Notes under the pieces: model-generated
Databases searched by the model: none
The model's input: only the letters and a program-made list of their open reading frames with translations
Told to the model about the DNA's origin: nothing
From: Felis catus
Taxonomy: Eukaryota
Assembly (NCBI RefSeq): GCF_018350175.1
Contig: NC_058383.1
Coordinates: 25,112,001-25,176,000 of the forward strand
Length of the DNA stretch: 64,000 nt
Direction of reading: 5' to 3'
Shown: positions 26,766 through 39,044 of the stretch, in pieces
How positions within the stretch are numbered: the first letter of the stretch is position 1
How the letters are laid out: every line of letters starts with the position of its first letter
Program-made: the position numbers and the translations under genes

Positions 26766-27429
26766 GAATAAATCTAACCAAACAGGTAAAAAGTCTATAT
26801 GCTGAAAACTATAGAAAGTTTATGAAAGAAAGTGAAGAAGACACAAAAAAAAATGGAAAAAGATTCCATGCTCCTGGATAGGAAGAACAAATATTGTTAA
26901 GATGTCAATACTACCCAAAGCAATCTACATATTCAATGCAATCCCTATCAAAATAACACCAGTATTCTTCACAGAGCTAGAACAAATAATCCTCAAATTT
27001 GTATGGAACCAGAAAAGACCCCGAATAGCCAAAGTAATCTTGAAAAAGAAAACCAAAGCAAGAGGCATCACAATCCCAGACTTCAAGCTATACTAAAAGC
27101 TGTAACCATCAAGACAGTATGATACTGGCACAAAAACAGACACTCAGATCAATGGAACAGAATAGAGAACCCAGAAAAGGACCCACAAACGTATGGCCAA
27201 CTAATCTTTGACAAAGCAGGAAAGAGTATCCAGTGGAATAAAGACAGTCTCTTCAGCAAGTGGTGCTGGGAAAACTGGACAGAGACATGCAGAAGAATGA
27301 ACCTGGACCACTTTCTTACACCATACACAAAAAATAAACTCAAAATGAATGAAAGACCTAAATGTAAGACAGGAAGCCATCAAAATCCTTGAGCAGAAAG
27401 CAGGCAAAAACCTCTTTGATCAAAATGTT

Positions 27430-27630
27430 ATTTTTAAAGTTTATTTTCTGAGAGAGAGTATGTGAGTGGGAGAGGGGCAGAGAGAGAGAGAGAGAGAGAA
27501 GGACAGAAGATCTAAAGCAGGTTCTGTGCTGACAGCAGAGAGCATGATGTGGGGTCCAAACTCATGAACTGCAAGACCATGACCTGAGCTAAAGTCGGAC
27601 ACTTAACTGACTGAGTCACCCACGTGCCCC
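27430..27630 (-). mobile_element. Can-SINE
   Basis: (GA)n, catgacctgagct core, followed by tagaatcaaaatctt. Confidence 0.88.
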
Positions 27631-28682
27631 TAGAATCAAAATCTTAATAACCTAGTATCTATTAAAGAAATTAAATCCATTACTAAGAGCTTCCCTACAA
27701 TGAAAACCCCATATTTTATGCCTAAAAGTTTTGGTATGCATTCTAGTGTGTTAAGAATTTGACTTGAAAAACGGATGCTTTTAGATAAGCTGGGATAATA
27801 TTGTTTTTATACCAGCGGTTGTAAACTCAGAGGTTACAGGGGACAGGCAAGTAAAATAAATGAGAGAAGCCTGCCATGTTCCTCTGGGGTAAACTGGAGA
27901 GCCATGAGTCTCTCAACAGAGAGCAACCATTCAACTCTTCTGACTGCTGTAGTAGAGGAATGCTTGTTTAGTATTATGAGAAATGACTTTACAAAAGAAG
28001 CGCCAAAGACTGACTCTGGTTTCTGTACTCTGGATTTCTCCACATGAAGCCACCCTGTGCCAAAGCCTCCCTTCTTCCCATGTACATATTTACAACACAT
28101 CCACAAGAAAGTTAATGGTTCATTGCTAAAATACAACCAAGTTATGGCCACCGACATTGCTGACCTTGTTCTGGTTGTGCTGCTACTCAGGGTGCATGCA
28201 TTCAAATTCATTCAACAACTAGTTGAATGTACCAGCATGTTCTACATGCTGGGGATACAACAGTTAACATAACAGTAAAAATTCCCCTAGCTCATGGAAC
28301 TGACATTCCAGTGCCAAAGACACTATGTGTGTATTAGAATTATAAAAGATAAACACTTTTTTGTGAATATCATGAAGGATTCCTTTATGGGATGCTGGGA
28401 CAAAAGTCTAATAGTTTAAAAAGAACACAAAGACCCTTTTAAACTGTACCAGTCCTCAGATTGTTATTAATTTCTTACGTAAAAGTACAGAATTAAATTC
28501 AGGAGCCACTAAACACAGACTCGCTGACTCAGAAATCTCAGCAGATCTGACTGTTAAATGTTAAGGAACTTGGAATGTTTGGCAGCACATAATTTATTTG
28601 GGCAAATATTATGGGACAAAGAGCCAGGCAATGTGGGGTAAGGGCATTCAGCTGTTGTTGTTTTTTATGCTTTGTGATTAAC

Positions 28683-29422
28683 TGTGAGGAATCAGCTTAG
28701 GAATTCTCTGAGTCTGCACTGATGGCATGAAGAATCAGAAAGCTATAGCATGTACACACCCAAGTTTAGGTAAACTTGAGTAGATAAATAAGATTAGGTA
28801 AAGTGGGGCAAAAGTCCCAGTATAGAACAAAGGTATAGGAATAGGGAATCTCAGGATGAAAACATCCCAGATGAGGTAAACAAGATTAGGTATTCAGGGT
28901 GGAAATGCCCCCAACTTAGTACTATAGCAGAAAGCTGCTTCCATAGGAAGGAAGGACCAAATTAGATAAATAGGTAAATAGGGCTACAGACCACTGCAGG
29001 GCGAAGTTGCCCAAAGTGGAGCTAATTAGCAAAAGAAAGGTGCCTTGTTGACCCTGAGGTAGAATGCTCTGTCTTTCTTGTCCCCTAGACCAGTTTAGGT
29101 AAACAGAGGTGGTGCCTCATGTCTGCTATAAACAACCTTCAGCCCAGCACCAGGATTCTGTTTTGTGTTAACCCAAACCCCTAACACCACATATCTTCAA
29201 AATCCCATTTCCCTCACATCCATGAATTAATGTTCATGATTTCATTGTCTTTTTGTGCACACCCATCACCATGTTTGTAAGCCTTCTGATCCTAATAAAA
29301 ACAGAACGAGGACCCTTACTCGGGACTCTTGTCCTCCCCCGGACATTAGCCACTCTCGCATTTTTAATCCTGTGTCCCGCTTTCTTGATGGATAAGAAAG
29401 AACACCAGATCCAGAGTTTACA
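28683..29422 (+). mobile_element. Solo ERV LTR (about 740 bp) in the large ACSM1 intron
   Basis: TG...CA ends, flanking attaac/attaat near-TSD, TATAAA near 29127, AATAAA at 29295, internal short repeats. Confidence 0.75.
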
Positions 29423-29692
29423 ATTAATATCTATTTGACTATATGTATTAAGCAATGTTTAATATAAAATTGCATCAGGGGTTGGTAGGAAGAAATTGTT
29501 TGTCAGGAGTTTCACCAAAACAAACAAAACGTAAGGTTGCTGACACTGTATTCACCTCTCCTAGGACATGAAGTGGGGAATCACACTGTCTATAGAGGAA
29601 AAATGAAGAGCTGCACATTTTACCTACTTTCCTATCTCCATTACCTAGAATAGTAATTGACACATGTTAGGGGCTCACTAAGTTTTAGCAGA

Positions 29693-29731
29693 ATGGATGG
29701 ATGGATGGATGGATGGATGGATGGATGGATG
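29693..29731. repeat. (GGAT)n microsatellite
   Basis: Direct reading. Confidence 0.95.
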
Positions 29732-31530
29732 TAGTATCAAAGGGAGAGAATGAATGAATTTGGACAGAATGCAACCTCTCATGAACAGATTTGGGAGGCT
29801 TCTCTAGGAATCAAATCAAGCTGTGTGTAATATGTTAGGAGTCTAGAGTAACAAAATGTTTAATTTCTAAGATGAGTCAGGAGTTGTAAGTTGGTGGCCT
29901 GTATCCCACCTCTGGACATAGGTTGTCTGGCTTACCAGGTACTTTCTTTTGTTTTATAACCAATTCTTTGCCAGGGCACTGGGTGGCTCAGTTGAGGGAA
30001 AGCTAGGGGAGAGGCCCCATGCATCACTAGAGACACAATGACCAAGATCAAGGCAATTAGCAAAGTGGCAACAGACAGATGAGAAGTGTTGGCAGAATAA
30101 ATATTATTGGGATGAGGACGCTGGGGGTGGGGAGAACTTGGAGACATGGATAAATGGGCAAGGTTCAACAAGGATGATATAAAACGCAACAAAGATGAGG
30201 CATCCTGAGGTCATATTTACTTGGTGGTTCTCTCCATGGGTTGATGTGTTAACTACCTATAAGGACTATAAATCAAGGGGAAAGTGAAGGCATCACTTCT
30301 TGCTCTCTCCACCTCCTCCCTTTCCAGCCCATCTCATGGTTCAAAAGTTCTTAACTAGATTACTGGTCAGGGCAGTGATGAAAGTCAGTTTAGAATCTGA
30401 GGGAAGAGATGTTTGGCATCATCAAATTGTGATACCAGGTTAAATAATGTATTACAGAATTAGATAACCTGGACCCAAATCCTGTTCTTTCCCTTATTAG
30501 GCATGTGCTGGTTTCTGTGTGTTATTTAAACCCTTGACACCTCAGTTCCCTCATCTAGAAAATGGGGGTGATGAAAATGCTCACCTACTCATAGTATTAA
30601 ATGCCAAGTGCACTTTAAAAAGTGCCTATGCCCTCCCTTGGCATTATTATGGAGATTCAGAAAAAGGAAAAAGAAGGAGGTGGGGAAGAAGCCCCCATGT
30701 TAGTTGAATACTAACATATAATGCAGGTGCATGGGAAATTTAAAAATTATATTAACTCTCTGACTCCATCTCAGGTAAATTCTGTCCAAAGACAGTGTTG
30801 GGTGAGTTTTCTCACTGTGGACATCACCAGCTGGGACTTAGTAGCTGGAGCACCATGAACTGTCTATCTCAACTCCTAATGTCCCTACTTCACCTCTCTT
30901 GGTCTGTCTCTTGGAGAGAGATAAACTGAACAGTTGGGTTTTTCTGTAGACATGTGTAATCTCTAGAGGCCATATGGACTATTTTCCCTATACATACCCT
31001 AAAGACACACTCAAGTAGGTAGTTGATAGGGAGGAATCCAGTTACACATGCCATCCTCAAAGAATGACAGATGACATGACCTAGCTACATGTGTCAGATG
31101 CTCATGTGTAACAGTCAGGTGATCTGTCCCTTCCCTCTGAGTGTAGCCTGAAGTGAAGACCAAGTGTAATGAGACAAATTCCTATTAGGCTCATAGTCTC
31201 ATTAGTTGAAGGTAAGAATTCAGACTAAGGTCAACTTACCGACCTTAGAAACTTTGGTCACAATTATGTGACTGTGTACCAGATATTTTCACCTGCTATC
31301 TTGTTTCCAAAATGAGATTATCACCATTTCATAGATAAAACCACTGAGGCTCAGAGGATTGAGAACATGACTAGGCTGAGAATTGAACCCCCAAATGTAA
31401 GCTTTTCCCACAACACTTCTAAGCTGAGGCAGAAGCCATTTCTGGTTCTGTGCCCCTCGGTCTACTAGGATCATGATAAGGTCAATGAGGCCATTCTTGT
31501 TCTCACCTCCCATCATGAGTGCCTCCTTAC

Positions 31531-31722
31531 CTGCTCCATTTGAGTCCAATAGTCCAGGACATCACTTGCAAAGTTAAATTCCTTAGGTCTATCGTTGTCA
31601 TTCCATCTCAGGGTTCCAGCTCCTGATAAAGACCGGCAGCAAAGGTACCAAGGGGCAGGGTGAAAGCCATGGTAGGATTTGCAGATGCCCCAGAGGACTT
31701 GGAGCCTCATTAGCCTCTGCAT
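31531..31722 (-). CDS. ACSM1: ACSM1 first coding exon (192 nt; mitochondrial transit-peptide region)
   Basis: ATG in ccaccATG context; [24 protein letters not shown]...[26 protein letters not shown] resembles the human ACSM1 N-terminus (MQWLMRF...FNFASYVLDYWAQKEK); donor CAG|GTAAGG, phase 0; candidate acceptors upstream would start the exon at 31769 or 31773. Confidence 0.93.
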
Positions 31723-32779
31723 GGTGGAAGAGGCCTCAGGAAGCCGACACAGAATTCTCAGGTCAACACCTGCCTTGGGAAGAGATAGTACTAGATTGGC
31801 CATGGAACAGTAATTTCCTCCACAAAATGAAGGCAATAGCTTTGTGAGAGAAATAGCTTTGTTTCAGATCACCAGAATGTGGACGACACAAGACCCATCT
31901 GCATCGCTACCCCTCTCTTGTTAATATTTTCTCCTGGATTCTGTGAGCCAACAATTTTTCCTGCCTGAGATTGCATTTCTGTCACTTGAGACTATAAGAA
32001 TATTGACAAATATACAGCACCATACTCAGGAATGATGAGGCTAATATCACAACACCTGTGCTAGTGGACTGATATCTGGCCAGATGGGGGGGGCAGGGAA
32101 CTTTCCCAGGACATCATTCCAGGCAGCTATCACCAACCCATCAGAGTTGACCCATGAAATGAAACTTTTTGCCACTCCAGATCCCAACAAAGACCCTTCA
32201 CATGGAAGCAGAAACTTCATTTATTATTATTGATGACTGTGAAAAACTGCCTTAAGCTAGAACTATCTTTCCATGAGAATGCTGGCTGAAGGAAACCATT
32301 TCACAAGCAGTTTTGCCATCCAAGCACTTTATGTCTGCAAACAATAAAGTCTCCCCCCCCTTGGATTCAGCAATCATGATGACAGACCACAGAATAGATG
32401 GATAAAACCTGGCTCAATTTACTTTAAGGTGCTTTAGACCAATAATAATCTAACCCCAATTTTGAGGCTGCCCCCAGAGCCCCACTTTGCATTCCTAGTT
32501 GGGGAGGCACTGCTATATATGCGATAGAGTGAATGTCTGCATAAAATAGGATACTTGAAAAGTTCATCACTTAGAGTTTGCTTGTCAGCATGGATCTTTG
32601 TGCCACATGAACTAAATAAAGTATGCCCCTTTCTTTTTACCTCCTGTCAATCAACAGTACCATCTTTTGTTTTATCAGAGCACTTTTGGGCTAGAAAGAC
32701 CCTAAGATATCAGCTGAGCCAGACCTGGCCCTTAGACATACTCCTGTTGGCTCTTGGTCTCTGTAGGGAAATTTAGAAG

Positions 32780-33006
32780 TTTTTTTAAAGTTTACTTATT
32801 TATTAATTTGAGGGGGGGGGAAGAGAGAAAGAGGAGAGAATGAATGAGTTTGAGTGGTGAAGGGGCAGAGAGAGAGGGAGAGAGAGAATTCCAAGTAGGC
32901 TCTACACTGTCAGCACAGAATCCAACATGGGGCTTGGACTCATGAGCTGTGAGAGCATGACCTGAGCTGAAACCAAGATCTAGATGCTTAACTGACTAAG
33001 CGTCCC
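32780..33006 (-). mobile_element. Can-SINE
   Basis: T tail, (GA)n, catgacctgagctgaa; flanking agggaaattt repeat. Confidence 0.85.
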
Positions 33007-33584
33007 TGGAGGGAAATTTTAAATGGTCAACATTTAAACCTTGGGAGGTTTCATTTAAAAGCCCAGAAGGTTTCTCTTGAAAATGTAGGAGGTCTGGCAA
33101 TACTGGGCCTTTATTTCAAACTGGCGCTAACTGACTGAAGCTGAGAATTGTATGCTTAATTTACATGGAATGTTCTCCAATTTGACATGGTTTTCACCAT
33201 GGCTTTTTTTTTTCCCACACCAGCTTGCTTCTCCACTTACTGTACTGTCAAGCCTCTGTGCATATTTGAGCTTAAAATCGTTCATTTGGGCCAACATCTC
33301 CAAAGGGACAGGGATTTCCCCAAGGTTGCAAGGCAAGTGTGGTAGCAGAGCTGGTTCTAGAAACATGCCTTTCATGTTCTTTTGTCCAACACATACCTGC
33401 CTCCACAAATGTGAACTGATTCAGAGCAGGAATACCAGACTCATCTGCGATTTTTGTGCATGATTATATAAATGGCCTCAGGAATCTTTCTTAAAATGCT
33501 CAGGGTCAGTGCAAATGACCCCTGAGTTAGTGGCTAAAGACAACAACAAAAGCAAGAGAAATAAGGAGGAAATTAATTCATCCT

Positions 33585-33970
33585 TTATTAGGGGTTAAAT
33601 TTCATCTCCTTAAAATTCATATGTTGAAGTCCTGAGCTCCCAGTACCTCAGAATGTGACTATATTTGGAGACAGAATCTTTTCAGAGCTGATTAAGCTAA
33701 AATGAGGCCAGTAGATGGACTCAAATCCAGTATGACTGGTGGCATTAAAAGAAGAGGAGATTAGGACACAGACACACATAGCAAGGAAAATGGCATGCAA
33801 ACATGAAAATAGGTATCCAAAACCCAAGGAGTGAGGCCTCAGAAAAACCAACCCTCAGACAGCTTGATCTCAGGCTTCTCACCTCCAGAACTATGAGAAA
33901 AGACATTTGTGTTTGGAGCCCCCACAGTCTATGGTACTTTGTTATGGCAGTCCCAGCAAATGAACAAACC
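33585..33970 (+). mobile_element. MaLR LTR (MLT1A-like)
   Basis: aaaattcatatgttgaagtcct...cccagtacctcagaatgtgactatatttggaga and terminal ggtactttgttatggcag typical of MLT1. Confidence 0.8.
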
Positions 33971-34417
33971 TCTCTTAATCAAATAAAAAGAAATTACGTT
34001 GGCATCATCTTATAAATGTGTTTGCAACTCTAATTTAATCTCCACGAGAAGACCAAACACAGTGCCGAGTGAGGACTGTGGTAGCCAAGAGTGTGCCCTT
34101 AGGAGTCAAACATCATAGCTTCAAATTCCAGCCACTTCACTCACCACCTAGGTAAATGGGCAATTTTCTTAACCTCTGTCTAAAATATGGAAATACTGGC
34201 AGCACCTGTTTCCTACACTTGTGGTGATGAATGGCTGACATCCCACCTAAAGCATTTAGGCATGGACTCAGTGCAGATGAGTGCTCCGGAATCAGGAGCT
34301 ATTATTAGTTGTCACTCTCTCTGGGGAAACTCTCACGTGCTTAATCTTTGGAATTAGAGTCTAAAGAGAAGGAACAGGAATAAATTAATGAACAATCTTT
34401 TGAAGTGCTTTAAAGTA

Positions 34418-35143
34418 AATGAACAAATCAGGAGACTATAGATGCTGGAGAGGATGTGGAGAAACGGGAACCCTCTTGCACTGTTGGTGGGAATGCAAAC
34501 TGGTGCAGCCACTCTGGAAAACAGTGTGGAGGTTCCTGCAAAAATTAAAATAGATCTACCCTATGACCCAGCAATAGCACTGCTAGGAATTTACCCAAGG
34601 GATACAGGAGTGCTGATGGACAGGGGCACTTGTACCCCAATGTTTACAGCAGCACTCTCAACAATAGCCAAATTATGGAAAGAGCCTAAATGTCCATCAA
34701 CTGATGAATGGATAAAGAAATTGTGGTTTATATACACAATGGAATACTACGTGGCAATGATACAGAATGAAATATAGCCTTTTGTAGCAACGTGGATGGA
34801 ACTGGAGAGTGTTATGCTAAGTGGAATAAGTCATACAGAGAAAGACAGGTACCATATGTTTTCACTCTTACGTGGATCCTGAGAAACTTAACAGAAGACC
34901 ATGGGGGAGGGGAAGGAAAAAAAAGTTAGAGAGGGAGGGAGCCAAACCATAAGAGACTCTTAAAAACTGAGAACAAACTAAGGGTTGATGGGGGGTGGGA
35001 GGGGGAGGAGGGTTGGTGATGGGCATTGAGGAGGGCACCTGTTAGGATGAGCACTGGGTGTTGTATGGAAACCAATTTGACAACAAATTTCGTATTAAAA
35101 AAAATAAAAATTGAATAAAGGTCAAATCTATCCATAAAAAAAA
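34418..35143 (+). mobile_element. 5'-truncated felid L1 with short 3' transduction
   Basis: ORF2 C-terminus and 3' UTR; A-tract 35097-35110, unique 25 nt, second A-tract; perfect TSD GAAGTGCTTTAAAGTA at 34402-34417 and 35144-35159. Confidence 0.93.
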
Positions 35144-35574
35144 GAAGTGCTTTAAAGTATATTTTGAAGTCACTGTGGAATTGTGGCTTTGAAAGGTGGC
35201 TAAGCCTACCATTATTTGCCTAGGTACACAGTGCTTGAAGAGTTCCTGGAACTGAGCTTTGATTTCACAAGATTTTGGACTGAAAAAGCTATTTATTTTA
35301 TGAGGCAACACACTTAGCATGGAGTTACAGAGCCAAGTTTAGTTCCACTGGCTACCAGTTCAGTAAACTTGGCCACTGTTTTTATGTCTCTGGAATTAAG
35401 GGCACACTAGTAATATCTACCTTGGGGCTTCCTACAAGGATTAGTGATATAATATGTATACATTATCTTGCCAGCATTGTGCCTAATATACAATAAGGGC
35501 TAAATAAATATTGAAGTCCTAATTCCCAGCAAATTCTGAAGCCAACTCCCCATTAGATATTAAAAATATTTTTT

Positions 35575-35792
35575 TTATTTTTTTTCCAACGTTTTTTATT
35601 TATTTTTGGGACAGAGAGAGACAGAGCATGAACGGGGGAGGGGCAGAGAGAGAGGGAGACACAGAATCGGAAACAGGCTCCAGGCTCCAAGCCATCAGCC
35701 CAGAGCCTGACGCGGGGCTCAAACTCACGGACCGTGAGATCGTGACCTGGCTGAAGTCGGACATTTAACCGACTGTGCCACCCAGGCGCCCC
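35575..35792 (-). mobile_element. Young SINEC_Fc-type SINE
   Basis: TSD taaaaatatttttt; near-identical to the 17327-17546 copy. Confidence 0.95.
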
Positions 35793-36176
35793 TAAAAATA
35801 TTTTTTAAATGAAAGACATTCACTTTATGTAATATGAACTAACTTCTGCATAGTGGAATTTTCTTTCACTTGTTCACTTTCTGGGTCATTCTTACTTCTC
35901 TATGTACTCTCCTTTACAGCCCATCACATTCAGATCTGCCTAACATGAAACAGATCACACTCTATGCCAGCCACTGCACTTGGCCTATCACATGTATAAT
36001 CTCCTTTATCCTTCTCACGATACCCCCATTCTCCTTTTGCAATTAAGGAAATTAAATGTGAAAAGAGTTAAGAGCCTTGCCCAAAGTCAGCCAAACTATA
36101 AGTGACACAGTCAGAACTTGAAATTTGGTCTTCATATTTTAAACTATGCAAATACTTTCCTGTCCTACATACATAG

Positions 36177-36185
36177 ACACACACA

Positions 36186-36236
<51 letters not shown>

Positions 36237-36238
36237 AC
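36177..36238. repeat. (CA)n microsatellite
   Basis: Direct reading. Confidence 0.95.
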
Positions 36239-36270
36239 CTCACAAAGATGCTATCGTTCACCTGTCTTAC

Positions 36271-36430
36271 CTGGTACTCTCTAGGCAAGAGGTGGGCTTG
36301 GTCCTGGACTAGTGTAGAAATGGGAACTTGGCATATTCAGTTCTCTCTGATCAGAAAAGTCCCCAACACTGTACACACAAAAGAACTTTCCACCTCTGGG
36401 GCGGAGAACTTGGCAAGAATTGGATGATTT
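36271..36430 (-). promoter_or_regulatory. Candidate non-coding first exon and promoter of ACSM1
   Basis: Strong donor CAG|GTAAGA at 36271/36270 in non-repeat sequence, GC box GGGGCGGAG at 36398-36406 and two TTGGCA NFI half-sites; no transcript evidence. Confidence 0.25.
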
Positions 36431-38811
36431 AGAAATAGGAGGAGATGCTCAGATAGAAAAGGGCAGAAAACAATCACAGTCCTCCATGGGAGATAATCAG
36501 TTGGGTAAAGAAAGTATTTGAAGTCATCCCAGTTCTTATGGGATGATGATCTGCGGTGTGAATAAATAAATAAAGTCAAATGGAGAACTCTCACTAGCTC
36601 TCTGTGGCTAACCTACTCTCTGTCCCAACCCTTTACCTCCAATGCTCACATTTAAGTGACAGCCAAGTGGCACAAAGCCTGTGCTCTGGAAGCAGAAAGG
36701 TCTGAGTTTAAGTCTCCAGTCTGCCACCTACCATCTCTTTGACTTTCACTGACCTCCTTTATCTACCCTTGTTTCCTTATGTGCAAAATGGGAATGATAA
36801 TAAGGATACCTGTCTCTTAGGGTCGTCTTGTCTTTGTTGCCTTTGTTAGGATTAGAGAATAATTTGTGATGAGCATGTAGCACAGTGCTTGGCATAATCA
36901 ATGGTGGCTGTTTTTATTAATTTGGGATTTGGAGAGAAATACTTTGGTGTATAAGCAAAATGCAGGGTCTTTGGAATCCCAAGGCCTGAGCTGAAATTCT
37001 GGATCAACCTCTTACAACATGGCTGATGGACAAGTCATTTGCTTCTTCTAACCCTTGACGTTCTCATCTGAAAAACAGAGGAGTGGGTTGCTAATCAGAT
37101 TTGTCCCTTGAGATCTTTGAAAGGACTGCACCTGGTAAAGTTTGTACAGCACTTGGCTGAGGCATATAGATGCTGGATTGATATTGATGCTGCATTGAAT
37201 AAGCCCAAATTGCTGCATGAAGTGGCTTGCACTGTTAGTTTTCTACTAGAGACATTTTTGGGGTGTTGTGGGGGGATGGGGATCTCCAGAACCTTGACCC
37301 AACTTTCCCAGATCCTTTTTTATCCTCCCACCCTCCAATGCACCAAGGACAAAAATACCTCTGCTTGAAGTCACCACAAAGATTGCTGGAGACACACAGA
37401 ATATCCCTGCCAGGGCTGACAGGCAAGCCTGGTTTCTGAAAGGTGAGTTGTCCTCCTCCTGGCTGATTCACTCATGATGAATTCTCAGCTCAAGATAGGC
37501 TTTTCTACAGAGAAGAGTGGATGAGAAGGCAGTGATAGTTGACTGGGCATAGCTTAAAAATTAAACAGCCAAAGTATCAGAGCATAAAAGACCTTGATAT
37601 TCAAGCAGAAGATGCAGTCACTTTTGGGAAGATGGTGGGGACAGGAGGAAAAGTCCACAATACACACTCTGGATCTCAGTGGATCTCCTGTATGGAAATG
37701 TAACACTGGTGTTGTGGTCAAGAAGACCAACTCTGGAGCCCGGCAGCCTGGGTTTTGGTACTGCTTTACCAGTTACCAGTTCTGTGACACTAACCAGCTT
37801 TCCTATCCCCATGTGCCTTAGTTTGCTAATCTGCAACAACGGGTCAATGGTACAGATAGGGGAATTCTCTAAAGATTCCATGCACACTTCTCTTTTCATT
37901 TTGAAGCCTCTCTCACAGTCAGAATAAGGCTATTGAATTTCAGGTCTTGGACAATGAACGCTAGGCAGACACTAGTCATGTCTGGTCTAGGAAGTTCTCT
38001 ATATTCTCTTCCCCTGACTCAGTAGTCCCGGAAACCCCATGTAGACATAATAACATCAAAATATGTCAAGAGACACTATCAGCCTCATTCTCTGTCGGGC
38101 CCATTCTGCATTACAGCTTTTAGATACCACATTCTCTTACCTCTCTGTACAGTCTGCTGGGATTTCCGGACCTCCCAAACCAATTGTGAGATAGGCTCCG
38201 CATCCAGCTCACAGCCCCAGGGGTCTCTGTATCTCTTACCCCAGGATCCTCTTCTTTTCAGAGTAACCAGACCCTGGAGGCATGCGAGAGATGGAATGTT
38301 ACCCACACGTGTGTAGAGAAGAACGACTGAAAAAGAAAAAACAAAAATCATGAGGGCATCAAAAAGCTGGATCTTAGTTTCTGTAAATTAAACCCCTGCT
38401 TTTCTAAGCAAACACCCCCTTCCTGCTCAGGCTCAGTCCTTCTCCTCTATCCCTCCTTCTGTGGCTGACTGGCTCTGTTGGCCACCTGCAGGTTTAATTG
38501 AAGGTAACTAAAATTAAGTAAGAGGTTACTTCTGATCCGAACTCTCAGAGCCGGTTTGCCATGCTCAGGCTGACTGTGCCTCTGATTGCTAAGACAGGAT
38601 TTATTCTCTTGGCACCCACTCTGCCCCTCACACTGCACCTCTCCTAGTGGTTTGCCTGAACCCCGCCAGGTGCCTCCACAGGCCTCATCTCCGCGGCTCT
38701 CTATTGTACTCGTGTAGTGATACTAGAGTACAACCGGTTCCCGATGAGTTGTCTGCTGCAGCAATGGAACAAGTCACGCTGGTGCCTTCAACTCTAAAGG
38801 TTGGCTCCTTT

Positions 38812-39044
38812 CTGGTAACCATCAGTTAGTTCTCTATAGTTAAGTCCATTTCTTGGTGAGAGGGGGTGAAGGGTGAAATAGATAAATGGGGATTAAGGAG
38901 GGCCCTTGTGAGGAGAACCTGATGTTATATTTAAATAATGAATCGCTAAATTGTACACCTGCAACTAATATTACAATGTATGTTAACTGGAATTTAAATT
39001 TTAAAAACTTAAAAATATATATTCTTTAAATAGAAAAAAAAGAG
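38812..39044 (+). mobile_element. Short carnivore L1 3' UTR with small inverted 5' piece
   Basis: Antisense tctggtaaccatcagtt...ctatagttaag followed by sense L1 3' terminus; imperfect flanking repeat ttggctc(c/t)tttc. Confidence 0.65.

Larger units (their letters stand above)
25149..27421 (-). mobile_element. Carnivore L1 with 5' inversion (twin priming) and two nested SINEs
   Basis: Minus-strand 3' part 25149-26518 and plus-strand ORF2 part 26520-27421 are adjacent in L1 coordinates, both ending at ...tttgatc; flanked by atcaaaat(c/g)tt. Confidence 0.88.

Noticed and set aside
38704..38733. Small hairpin ttgtactc...tagt-gat-acta-gagtacaa
   Set aside because: Too short to distinguish from chance; no RNA family recognised.
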